This document shows, one piece after another, positions 16,862 to 25,043 of a stretch of DNA of 62,718 nt. The notes below the pieces were generated by a model. The model was not told where the DNA came from and did no database searches. It worked only from the letters and a program-made list of their open reading frames with translations. The stretch is taken from IMG/VR virus record IMGVR_UViG_3300028901_000105, positions 1 through 62,718 of that record. One strand, 5' to 3'. Position numbers and translations under genes: made by a program. The stretch comes from a virus. Position 1 is the first letter of the stretch; every line of letters begins with the position of its first letter.

Positions 16862-18360
16862 TTGCTATCTCCCAAGCGTCCAAATGGGATGGGCTTCTGT
16901 TGTGGCGGCGGGTCGGAATAAAACGTCTGGTAGGCAGGTTCCCAACCCAACTGCGCGATAACGTTAGCCCCTCCACGTCCTGCGCGATTTTTACGGAATA
17001 ACAGCTTGGCATCCATCGTGTCGGGGTCTTCGCTCACCATGCTTTCGTGATAGATGTAAAACAGCACATCAGCAGCAGCGCGACCTGCTGAACCATAATA
17101 CAAATCGGTTGCGCCGGGCAGCTTGCCTTTCCGGCCATCCCACTTCTGGTTCATCTGCGCAAAGGCCAGAATTGGCATATCGTAGTGTTTCTTCCAACCC
17201 TTCAACGCTTTGTAAAAGGCACTGGCCGCCTCGAAGTCGCCCCGAAAGCCAGAGATGGTGTCCGGGCCAACATAATCGACAATCACCAAATCGAACCCTG
17301 AACTGAGGTCAATCTCGGTGAGCTTACTCTGAATCTGCGTAAGTGTTGGTGCTTCAAAGATCGCCATCATGAACTGCTTGGAGGCGGTGTATTGTTTGAG
17401 GGTTGCGGTTGCTCGTTCAAACTGCTTTATATCCTCGTCCGTCCATTCACGTTTCTGATAGGCGGTGTAATCAATCTGCCCGATCACACAAATCATACGC
17501 TCTAGCAGTTCATCAAGTTCCATTTCCAGCGAAATGAACAGTACCCGTCTCCCTTGTTTTAGCTGATTTAATGCAGCGCAAATGGCAAAGGCGGTTTTAC
17601 CCCAACCGGGCGGCGCGGCACCGATGTACAGTTTCTTTTTCCGCCAACCGATAATCACCTTATCCAGACTGTGGAAACCTGTCGACAGTGCGGGCTGTTT
17701 CTTTTCTTCAAGTTCTGCCCGGATATTGTCGCTGTACTCCTCAACCGCATCATACAGGTTAAACGTATTCTGTTCGGATACAGTATGCATACGCACCGTC
17801 AAATCACGGGTCGCGGTTGGAACTGCATCCCGGATATCAACCAGCGACATCTGATTGACCCGCTTTCCGATTTCCGTAAGCTGGTCAGCCGAAAACATCA
17901 TAGAACGCCCCAACGATGCCCGAACGACATCCAGCGCATAATCTTCTAGATTCATGCCAGTACGGTTTTTGAGCATCAGCAAATACCGTTCGCCGCCAAT
18001 CAGATCAAGGAAAGATTGATTGCCGCGCGAAAGTTCTCCCAGCAGCGTGACCAGTCGGTCAAGGTCAATTTCCTGCCCAGATTGGTAACAACGTTCCATT
18101 GCCCTAAAAACAATCGCGTTTGACTTAAAGTAAAAGTCATCCCAATGCAGATCGGGAATACGTTCTAGTGCTTGTTTCCCCCTCCCCTGATCGCCCAAGC
18201 GTAGGATGCATGACAATACATCCTGCTCGGCACGTTCGTTATGCGGGAACTGGTGCGCCCCGATGACGTAGGTCTGCCCATCAATCTGGATTGGGCCGGG
18301 TTTGCTGGTTTCGTTAATCCAAACAGGCTTGCGAGCGCCAGTGCGTGCGAGTGCGTTCAT
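16858..18360 (-). CDS. dnaB: Replicative DNA helicase (DnaB-type)
   Basis: N-terminal ERAEQDVLSCIL. Walker A GAAPPGWGKTAF. Walker B-like LVIVDYV. 500 aa. Confidence 0.9.
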   Translation of the reverse strand: MNALARTGARKPVWINETSKPGPIQIDGQTYVIGAHQFPHNERAEQDVLSCILRLGDQGRGKQALERIPDLHWDDFYFKSNAIVFRAMERCYQSGQEIDLDRLVTLLGELSRGNQSFLDLIGGERYLLMLKNRTGMNLEDYALDVVRASLGRSMMFSADQLTEIGKRVNQMSLVDIRDAVPTATRDLTVRMHTVSEQNTFNLYDAVEEYSDNIRAELEEKKQPALSTGFHSLDKVIIGWRKKKLYIGAAPPGWGKTAFAICAALNQLKQGRRVLFISLEMELDELLERMICVIGQIDYTAYQKREWTDEDIKQFERATATLKQYTASKQFMMAIFEAPTLTQIQSKLTEIDLSSGFDLVIVDYVGPDTISGFRGDFEAASAFYKALKGWKKHYDMPILAFAQMNQKWDGRKGKLPGATDLYYGSAGRAAADVLFYIYHESMVSEDPDTMDAKLLFRKNRAGRGGANVIAQLGWEPAYQTFYSDPPPQQKPIPFGRLGDSK

Positions 18361-18368
18361 GATGCCCC

Positions 18369-19409
18369 CTAATCCAATGTTGCGATGATGTCAGCGATGA
18401 GGCTGGATGTTTTGTCAACATCAACCGGGATGCGTTTTGGGGCAGGTTCGGCAGCCTTTATCCCAAAAACCTTTTCTTTCTCTTTCTCAAGCCGCCGCTG
18501 GGCGCGGGCTTCCAACTTCCCATCGTAGGTGGGCCGGAAGATGGTTTCTTTTTCCGCAATCGTGGCAGGTTTTTGCAACATGGAAATATCATCAAACTGA
18601 TCCGTCCACCAAAGTTTCATGCCAATGATTTCCAGCGCCGTGAACGGTTCTTCCTTGAACTGAAATTCCTTGAAGGCGTCATTGGGTTTATCTTGCCCAA
18701 TCTTGCCTCGAAAGAAGTTGCCCATCTTGCGGACGTGTGACCAACCCTTGTTGTTGTTCAGCGTGGGGTGTTTGATTCCGAAGAAGTAACAGACCGCCAA
18801 GTCATAGGCTTGCTGTTCGGTTATTTCTTCTGTGGCTGATTCTTCAAACAGTTCGGTTTCGATGAATGGCTTGAATGCGGTTGGCGTTTCCTCCGTGCCG
18901 ATAGGCGCGGGTGAATATTCTTGTTTTTCTATACGTTCTTCTAAAGCGTTATTCGTTGGTGCCTGATTGGGTACAGGGGGTGTACCTGATTGGGTACAGG
19001 TTTCGTCGGAAAGGTGTACCTGATTGGGTATAGGGTGTGCCTGATTGGGTACACCTTTTTGATAACGCTGAACGTTTTCAGCCCATCGGTCGCGCACAAC
19101 AATAACGGTGGGAATTCCTTGTTTTTGTTCTTCCGCCGTTGGGCTGATAACCCGGATGTAACCCATGTTTTCAAGCTCGGTTCGGGTTTTACGAATCGTA
19201 TCCTTACCCATGCGAGTCACGCGGGCGGTTTCCCGTATACCTTCTTCGCATTGTCCGCCTTGCCCCGCCCATCTGACATAATGCCCTAAAAGGCGGTACT
19301 GGCTGGGGTTCAACTCATCGTCCGCCATGTTCAGCATCATATGGAAGTAGGTTTTTTCGCTGCGTTCTGCGACGATGCTTTGTTTTTCGTCGCCCCTTTT
19401 TTTATCCAT
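18369..19409 (-). CDS. Replication initiator / replisome organizer-like winged-helix protein
   Basis: N-terminal wHTH-like segment (TARVTRMGKDTIRKTRTELENMGYIRV). Sits upstream of dnaB-dnaG and contains four iterons in its coding sequence. Confidence 0.55.
   Translation of the reverse strand: MDKKRGDEKQSIVAERSEKTYFHMMLNMADDELNPSQYRLLGHYVRWAGQGGQCEEGIRETARVTRMGKDTIRKTRTELENMGYIRVISPTAEEQKQGIPTVIVVRDRWAENVQRYQKGVPNQAHPIPNQVHLSDETCTQSGTPPVPNQAPTNNALEERIEKQEYSPAPIGTEETPTAFKPFIETELFEESATEEITEQQAYDLAVCYFFGIKHPTLNNNKGWSHVRKMGNFFRGKIGQDKPNDAFKEFQFKEEPFTALEIIGMKLWWTDQFDDISMLQKPATIAEKETIFRPTYDGKLEARAQRRLEKEKEKVFGIKAAEPAPKRIPVDVDKTSSLIADIIATLD
18962..19052. repeat. Four direct 13-bp iterons CCTGATTGGGTAC (candidate origin)
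   Basis: Copies at 18962, 18985, 19019 (last base T) and 19040, flanked by the AT-richer stretch 18920-18960. They encode the PNQ repeats of the initiator. Confidence 0.7.
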
Positions 19410-19570
19410 GATAGAACCCTCGTTCTAAGGTCTATAGGTAATTTTAATCTAGTTCCAACCTTTCTACTTGCACGAACAGCAATCCTGCGCTATTCTGTAG
19501 TCAGGTGGAGGTAGTGATAACTATTCCGCCAGCGGTCGCCTAAACCGCAAGCCCGATGTGCATACACCCG

Positions 19571-19590
19571 AAGCCCCCTATGGGGGTTTT
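19571..19590 (+). terminator. Plus-strand GC hairpin plus T run inside the minus-strand operon
   Basis: aagccccc-tat-gggggtttt. A paralogous element is at 22044-22065. Confidence 0.4.
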
Positions 19591-19707
19591 CGCATTCTAT
19601 GGGGACATTGTTACGCTCCACACTTAAGGTATGTTTAAATGTACCTTATTGCGGTGGGGAGAGCAAATTACCCTCCCCTTCCCCATTCGGATGTATGCAA
19701 AATCCGC

Positions 19708-20418
19708 CTAGAATGGAATGTCGTTGTCGGGCGGCGGAACGTAATCCGTTACAGGCTCACGCGCCTTTTCAGGCGTTTGCCCCAAGTTTCCGTAGATTTG
19801 ATCGGCTACAGCCTGAACAGTCAGAAAGGCTTCCGGGCTGGTCGGATTCAAATCACCCACATGGACTAGACTCGGCAGTGGCGTAACCGTCTCAATCATC
19901 TTGATCGGCGGCAGCTTATCCAGTTCCTTCGACAAAATTTTCCCGGTCATCTTGGTTCCGTGAACGGCCATGAATGGGGCGCATTCTTCAAGCTGACGGA
20001 AGGTTTGTTCCTTGTCGTCGTAGCGCCCAAGCAGCCATCTCCGGGTAGCGTCAGTATCCAGCTTCAACAACTGAGTCTGTAACGCGCGAGGGGCATTCAG
20101 CACCCACAGCAGAAATTGACTGGCGTCATAGGTGACAGTTGCTTCTGTCGCGGCTTGGAATGCGCCATGTGTCTTTTCACCCGTCAGGTGATAGCGGGCA
20201 ATGGCGGCCTTTTGCAGTTCGGTTTTTAAGGCGTCGGCAGGCGCTTTGGCGTCGTCATAGGCTTTTTTGGCAGCATCGGCGGCATCCTGAAGGGCTTTGT
20301 ATTTGCGCCCCTGCTCGGCAAGATCGGCGTCCAGTTTTTGCAACAAGGCTTCGCTGTCACCTTCATGGGCTGCAAGGCCACCGCTTAATAGGTCATCTGG
20401 CAGATATTCAAAAGGCAT
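19708..20418 (-). CDS. Coiled-coil (Gp157-like) protein ending in an SSB-type acidic tip ...DNDIPF
   Basis: The N-terminal half is Ala/Lys/Asp-rich coiled coil. The last residues PPPDNDIPF match the conserved bacterial SSB C-terminal tip D-D-D-I-P-F. Confidence 0.5.
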   Translation of the reverse strand: MPFEYLPDDLLSGGLAAHEGDSEALLQKLDADLAEQGRKYKALQDAADAAKKAYDDAKAPADALKTELQKAAIARYHLTGEKTHGAFQAATEATVTYDASQFLLWVLNAPRALQTQLLKLDTDATRRWLLGRYDDKEQTFRQLEECAPFMAVHGTKMTGKILSKELDKLPPIKMIETVTPLPSLVHVGDLNPTSPEAFLTVQAVADQIYGNLGQTPEKAREPVTDYVPPPDNDIPF

Positions 20419-20468
20419 GGTTTACCTCGTATGTCTGGTTAAGGGGGTATGACACCCCCTGCGAATGG

Positions 20469-21980
20469 TTAAGCGAAAAAGGCGTTCAGGTCAGATTCTT
20501 CAACGGGTGGTTCTTCGGCGAAATCGACATCTTCCTCTGGCGGAAGTGGACTGACGAGAGTCGCATTCAGATAGCCCTGCTTGGCTTCGTACTGCACACA
20601 AACTTCACCAATCTCGTACTCGTTTCCCGGCTGCCACTGGTCGATGCCCCATTCGGTGTAAAACTCATCACCCACCCACGCTTTGAAGGTGGTTGAGCGC
20701 CCGTAAGCACGAACAGGCTGTGGTGTGAGCAGTTCGATGTAGGTCTGTTTCTGCTTTTTGCCGCGCACGGTTGTTTCGGATTCAACATATTTGGCGCGAA
20801 CGGCATACATGGGAACACGCTGTAAGACACAGGTGTTGACGTGGGCGTTCCACGCGGCGGCGGGATTGGGGAATTTCTGCTTGTAGTCTGCACCCAATGA
20901 CTTCTCAATATCCTGCCCTACCTGCCGCAAGCCGTACCAAAGGTTGTCGATCAATTGCAGTGCGTTATCTTCTGTCCAGCCCTCACCTGCTGGTTTGGTT
21001 TTTGTGGATGCTGGCTTGTTGATTTCCGCCGCAATCTGCCGCAAGCGGGCGACAAGCTGTTCTTCATTCAGCGTGGTATCGCCCAGCTTGGTAATCGGGT
21101 TCTGTGGCTGAATCTTGGGCATCCAAAGATCCATGTTATCCCCAACCAACCCCAAGTCTTTGAGCAGATAGGCAATCTTATTTTTGGCGATCTGATCTTC
21201 CAACCAATGCGGCGCGGGTTTCTCATCGGGCGGCGGTGGGCTTGCAGGCTTTTTATCCGGTGCAGGTGGTTGTTGGGCTTTGGGGGTAGCGGGCTGTGGC
21301 GGCGGGGCAATAATGGTCATACGCCCAGACTCATCGACATTAACATCCGCGCCAAGTTCTTCTTGGGTGTATAACCCTAAGATTTTGTCGGAGAATGTTA
21401 CCCGTAAATTAGCCGCCAGCGCCCGCCACTGAAACATGACTTTGGGCTGAATCTTGTAATTGCGGCTTTCCATGAGCGAGATGTTGACTTGCTGGCCGTT
21501 TCGCCATTCAGTGGTTTGGTAGCGGGTCGCTTCTTCAACACCAAAGCGGGTTGTATGGGGGGATTTACCCTTACGCTTCACGGTGACGATGCAGCGTTCA
21601 TCGTTGGCATCGAATTGAATGTCTTCCAATTCGTTGCTGTTGTAACACAGGGCTAACATCCCTTGTGGGTCGAGTGCGGGTTTGCCCTTAATCAGATCAA
21701 TTGACTTGAGCGCAGCCATCTCGGTTAGCCCAAGCGACAAGCCCTCAAGGAAGATCATCATAATATCGCCTTCGGTCAGCGGATTGCTGCCATTTTTGAC
21801 AAAGGCAAGCTGACTCTTGGCGATGTACTTGGCGAGGGTTTGCAGACGCCCGAATTGTTCTTCCGTCATGTGCAAAATCGAACGCGGAAGCGGGGCAAGA
21901 ACCCCTTGTGGTGCGTAAACCGCCAAGTCTGAGGGAGCGTTTAGCAGCGCAATTGAATTCGCTGTTGTTTCTTCAGACAT
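20469..21980 (-). CDS. RecT/Redbeta-superfamily single-strand annealing protein with long C-terminal extension
   Basis: GLSLGLTEMAALKSIDLIKGKPALDPQGMLAL...FDANDERCIVTVKRKGKSPHTTRFGVEEA resembles the Bet/RecT core. A Pro-rich linker is followed by about 200 extra residues. Confidence 0.6.
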   Translation of the reverse strand: MSEETTANSIALLNAPSDLAVYAPQGVLAPLPRSILHMTEEQFGRLQTLAKYIAKSQLAFVKNGSNPLTEGDIMMIFLEGLSLGLTEMAALKSIDLIKGKPALDPQGMLALCYNSNELEDIQFDANDERCIVTVKRKGKSPHTTRFGVEEATRYQTTEWRNGQQVNISLMESRNYKIQPKVMFQWRALAANLRVTFSDKILGLYTQEELGADVNVDESGRMTIIAPPPQPATPKAQQPPAPDKKPASPPPPDEKPAPHWLEDQIAKNKIAYLLKDLGLVGDNMDLWMPKIQPQNPITKLGDTTLNEEQLVARLRQIAAEINKPASTKTKPAGEGWTEDNALQLIDNLWYGLRQVGQDIEKSLGADYKQKFPNPAAAWNAHVNTCVLQRVPMYAVRAKYVESETTVRGKKQKQTYIELLTPQPVRAYGRSTTFKAWVGDEFYTEWGIDQWQPGNEYEIGEVCVQYEAKQGYLNATLVSPLPPEEDVDFAEEPPVEESDLNAFFA

Positions 21981-22043
21981 GTTAATGTACTCTCTTTCTT
22001 GAGGCAGGTAGCCAGCTCTCCAAAGTTAGACTACCCACCTCGG

Positions 22044-22065
22044 AGACCCCCAAATGGGGGTTTTT
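22044..22065 (+). terminator. Plus-strand GC hairpin plus T run inside the minus-strand operon
   Basis: agaccccc-aaat-gggggttttt. Similar to 19571-19590. Confidence 0.4.
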
Positions 22066-22066
22066 C

Positions 22067-22660
22067 CTATAGGGTGTAGGGCATGAACGGGGTACTCCAA
22101 CCCCAATCCGTGTCCGGGATGTCGCAGTATTCCTCTACGACCCGCGCTGGTGCTGCTGCTGATTTAGCAAACCGCAGAATGGGCGGAGTCTTGCCTAGAT
22201 TCAGCTTCAGCAAGCCAGTCCGATCATAATATTCCCAATACAGTGGAACACTCGGTTGGTCAATAACGACGACAAAGCGCCCATCCTGCAATATCCGATG
22301 GATGTACCCTGCCCGACCGCCGCGCGTCCAGACCGTTGTCCCTACTTCAAAAGCCGCTTCTGGAAGCCGCTTGACGGTATCCAGATTGACAAAGTTAGTG
22401 GTTTCTCCATCAGTGACTTCAATTTGAATGATGGGACTGCCCACCTTTTGGGAAGCATCGCCTGTGAGGGCGATCAGGTACTTGCTCCATGCCTTCCCGG
22501 TTCGCAGCCCTTCCATGAGAAAGGTCTGACCGGGCTTAAAGGGACTAATGGTTTCGACCGGGACAATCGGAACGATGCCAAGTTTGCCCTGCGGCTTACG
22601 TAAAAAGGTTGGTGAACGCCCGCTGAAAATCGGCGCACGTTCGTCAAATTCAGTTGACAT
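22067..22660 (-). CDS. Hypothetical protein
   Basis: 197-aa ORF in the early operon. Confidence 0.7.
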   Translation of the reverse strand: MSTEFDERAPIFSGRSPTFLRKPQGKLGIVPIVPVETISPFKPGQTFLMEGLRTGKAWSKYLIALTGDASQKVGSPIIQIEVTDGETTNFVNLDTVKRLPEAAFEVGTTVWTRGGRAGYIHRILQDGRFVVVIDQPSVPLYWEYYDRTGLLKLNLGKTPPILRFAKSAAAPARVVEEYCDIPDTDWGWSTPFMPYTL

Positions 22661-22922
22661 ACGGCTCTCCTTCTCGTGGCACTAATACAACGACTTGATT
22701 CACCGATACGCAGATGGTTTTGACCATCGGGTATCCCTGCTTGTCACTACCCATGCAGAACAGGTTGTAGGCAACCGGTTCGCGCGGCTCGAAGATGGTG
22801 TTGTAAACGGGCGCTGCCCCAATGACTTCCGGCGCACCCGGACCCATCAGGACGACATGAACATCATCGGGAATGCGGTTCATGTGAACATCTGCGGGGA
22901 ATACGCCTAGAAATACGTGCAT
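22650..22922 (-). CDS. Hypothetical protein
   Basis: Internal ATG (MHVFLGV...) overlapping the upstream stop (TGATG). 90 aa. Confidence 0.55.
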   Translation of the reverse strand: MHVFLGVFPADVHMNRIPDDVHVVLMGPGAPEVIGAAPVYNTIFEPREPVAYNLFCMGSDKQGYPMVKTICVSVNQVVVLVPREGEPYVN

Positions 22923-23269
22923 CACGCGACCGCCCTTTCTCGTTTTTGGCGAACAGGGGCGACGCCGTAATTGGCGTCGATCAGTCCGCACAGAACACCG
23001 CACTGTTCGGCGGCTTTGGTGCTGGCATAGGTAGCCGTGTAAATGACGTTCACGCCGAACAAAACAAGCACACGGATACCATTTGACCCGATACGTCGCC
23101 CAATCCAGCGTGTGCCATCCGGGGCAGTAAACCGTAGATTGGACGGGTGCTTATTGGTTTCATAACGGATGACCAAATGGTCAACTGCGCGTGTGCCGCG
23201 TTCGGTGGCGAACCCTAGATCATCCACGCGGATAACGGTTTCAGTAATGGGGGGTGTTGAAATCGGCAT
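22922..23269 (-). CDS. Hypothetical protein
   Basis: 115-aa ORF. Confidence 0.65.
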   Translation of the reverse strand: MPISTPPITETVIRVDDLGFATERGTRAVDHLVIRYETNKHPSNLRFTAPDGTRWIGRRIGSNGIRVLVLFGVNVIYTATYASTKAAEQCGVLCGLIDANYGVAPVRQKRERAVA

Positions 23270-23387
23270 GTTGCTAACCTTCCTGATACTAAAGTGGTAG
23301 ACCCTATATTAGAACACAATTTCCAAATTAGAGTCTAATAAGGCGTCCGAATTTGGTTAGAACTCGGTTCGAAAAGTTGCATATCTG

Positions 23388-23681
23388 TTATTTGTAGACA
23401 TGATCTCCTTTCGGGACGGGCAAAAGATGTTCGGGGACATCGTAGAATTTGCCCGTGTATGCGGGGGCAAGCTGTGCGACCTTTGGCGTATGCGCCGCAA
23501 AATACCGCGCCAGATCGCTTAAGAGTTGATCGCTGATCTCGTCAATGAAGAATGGGTCAGGCTCTTGGTCGATCCCTTTTTCTTCGCAGATTTCCCACGC
23601 AGTGGTGACGGCGAAATCCCGGATTTGTTCCCGCAGTTCATGCAGAAACACGACACATTCGACGGATAAATCGTAAGACAC
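23388..23681 (-). CDS. Hypothetical acidic protein (first gene of the leftward early block)
   Basis: 97 aa. GTG start with GAAAGG upstream. Confidence 0.6.
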   Translation of the reverse strand: MSYDLSVECVVFLHELREQIRDFAVTTAWEICEEKGIDQEPDPFFIDEISDQLLSDLARYFAAHTPKVAQLAPAYTGKFYDVPEHLLPVPKGDHVYK

Positions 23682-23897
23682 AGGCGACCTTTCTAACTAG
23701 ATGCCGTCCCAATGCGACTTGAGACGGCCTCGGTTGGTGGACACCCCGCCCGCCTACGCCCCTATGTGGAGAGTCGGTAGCGCTGCGAACGGGTGGTTAT
23801 GTAGTGTCATTAGCATTGACACGTTGTTAGAACTTACTGCACCCCTATCACCTTAAAGAGCTTTATAGGTGGTATGATTATGAGTGTGCATGTCATA

Positions 23898-23974
23898 GTA
23901 TGAATTGTATGACTTGTATGACTTTCAGTCAAGTATGAAAAATGATACTAGTATGCCTTGACACATTAGTATGC
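23898..23974. promoter_or_regulatory. Array of six GTATG(A/C) repeats (operator-like) in the divergent control region
   Basis: Copies start at 23898, 23907, 23916, 23933, 23951 and 23969. Includes the ATACTAGTAT palindrome. Confidence 0.55.
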
Positions 23975-23986
23975 CTCGTTTACAAT
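23958..23986 (+). promoter_or_regulatory. Rightward promoter TTGACA-N17-TACAAT
   Basis: ccTTGACAcattagtatgcctcgttTACAAT. Two GTATGC repeats overlap it. The ATG at 23999 is only about 6 nt from the expected transcription start. Confidence 0.55.
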
Positions 23987-23998
23987 AAAGGAGAACAA

Positions 23999-24220
23999 AT
24001 GTCTCAAAAATCTGAAGGAAAGAAAATGACGACTATCAAGGTTAGCGTTGAAGTCGCAGCAGTTATCTCAAATACCGTTCGTCGCTTGAAGGCCCAGGGT
24101 CGCAAGTCACTGACCGCAGATCAATTCCTGCTGGAACTGATGGAGGAAAAATTCCCTGAGGATACAAAACTGATTCTTAATGTCCCAAAACGAGAACAAG
24201 GCAAGGGTCAGCAGAACTAA
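23999..24220 (+). CDS. Small DNA-binding protein, possibly ribbon-helix-helix
   Basis: Internal ATG after AAGGAG. TTIKVSVEVAAVISNTVRRL fits a beta-strand plus helix pattern. Confidence 0.45.
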   Translation: MSQKSEGKKMTTIKVSVEVAAVISNTVRRLKAQGRKSLTADQFLLELMEEKFPEDTKLILNVPKREQGKGQQN

Positions 24221-24248
24221 CCTCGCTACCATAACAGGATAGAGCGAA

Positions 24249-24464
24249 ATGACTAAAAGAAGCGGTTACGTAAGGGTCAAGTCAAGGACGCATATCGCGA
24301 TTAATATGATTGCGGCAGAAATGCAGATGAAGACAGGCAAAAGTCATTCTGCTGATACAGCAATCTGGGATTTAATACAAAAAGTCAGGGCCGATATAGC
24401 TGCACTGGCCGCAGCTAAGGCCAAAGAATCTGAACAAGAAGATGACAATGACGAACAGGAGTGA
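24249..24464 (+). CDS. Small protein, possibly ribbon-helix-helix, with acidic tail
   Basis: 71 aa. YVRVKSRTHIAINMIAAEM pattern. Confidence 0.4.
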   Translation: MTKRSGYVRVKSRTHIAINMIAAEMQMKTGKSHSADTAIWDLIQKVRADIAALAAAKAKESEQEDDNDEQE

Positions 24465-24473
24465 ATAACTACA

Positions 24474-24962
24474 GTGATTTACTTCCTGCGTAATCCAAAC
24501 ACGGGGTTGGTCAAAATCGGAACTACAGGTAATTACCACTTGCGGCTTTCCCAACTAATTGCGGAGCATGGCGATTTGGAATTGCTCGGATTAATGGATG
24601 GCTCTCGTTTAGATGAGCAGGCACTTCATCAACGATTTATTGATGACCACGATCACCATGAATGGTTTCGAGTTTCTGCTGCAATAACTGACTTTGTGAA
24701 AATGAGCACGCATATGTGCGTTCCAAATAAAGGGAAACAGATTGAACGTTTTCGCCGCGTACCAGTTACGCCCGAAATCCACACTGAGTTACAAGATTTT
24801 GCGTACGGTCTAGGGGTCACATTTGATGATGCCATTAGAGTTTTATTGCTTGAAGTTGCCGATAACGAAGACCGTCTAAGTGTCGGACGGCGACTGCGGA
24901 CAAAATACCAAGCAATACTCAAACCGCAATCCAAATCAAAGAGCAAGTCAAACCCCAACTAA
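24474..24962 (+). CDS. T5orf172 / GIY-YIG-like domain protein with RHH-like C-terminus
   Basis: IYFLRNPNTGLVKIGTTGNYHLRLSQL...EQALHQRF...HEWF matches the T5orf172/MUG113 pattern. GTG start. Confidence 0.6.
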   Translation: MIYFLRNPNTGLVKIGTTGNYHLRLSQLIAEHGDLELLGLMDGSRLDEQALHQRFIDDHDHHEWFRVSAAITDFVKMSTHMCVPNKGKQIERFRRVPVTPEIHTELQDFAYGLGVTFDDAIRVLLLEVADNEDRLSVGRRLRTKYQAILKPQSKSKSKSNPN

Positions 24963-25043
24963 AACACCCCCGCAATCAAACGAGAAGGGGTCTAGAACGC
25001 ACGGCATGGGTAAAATAGGTATCCCTGTAAGCAAAGGTTAAAG

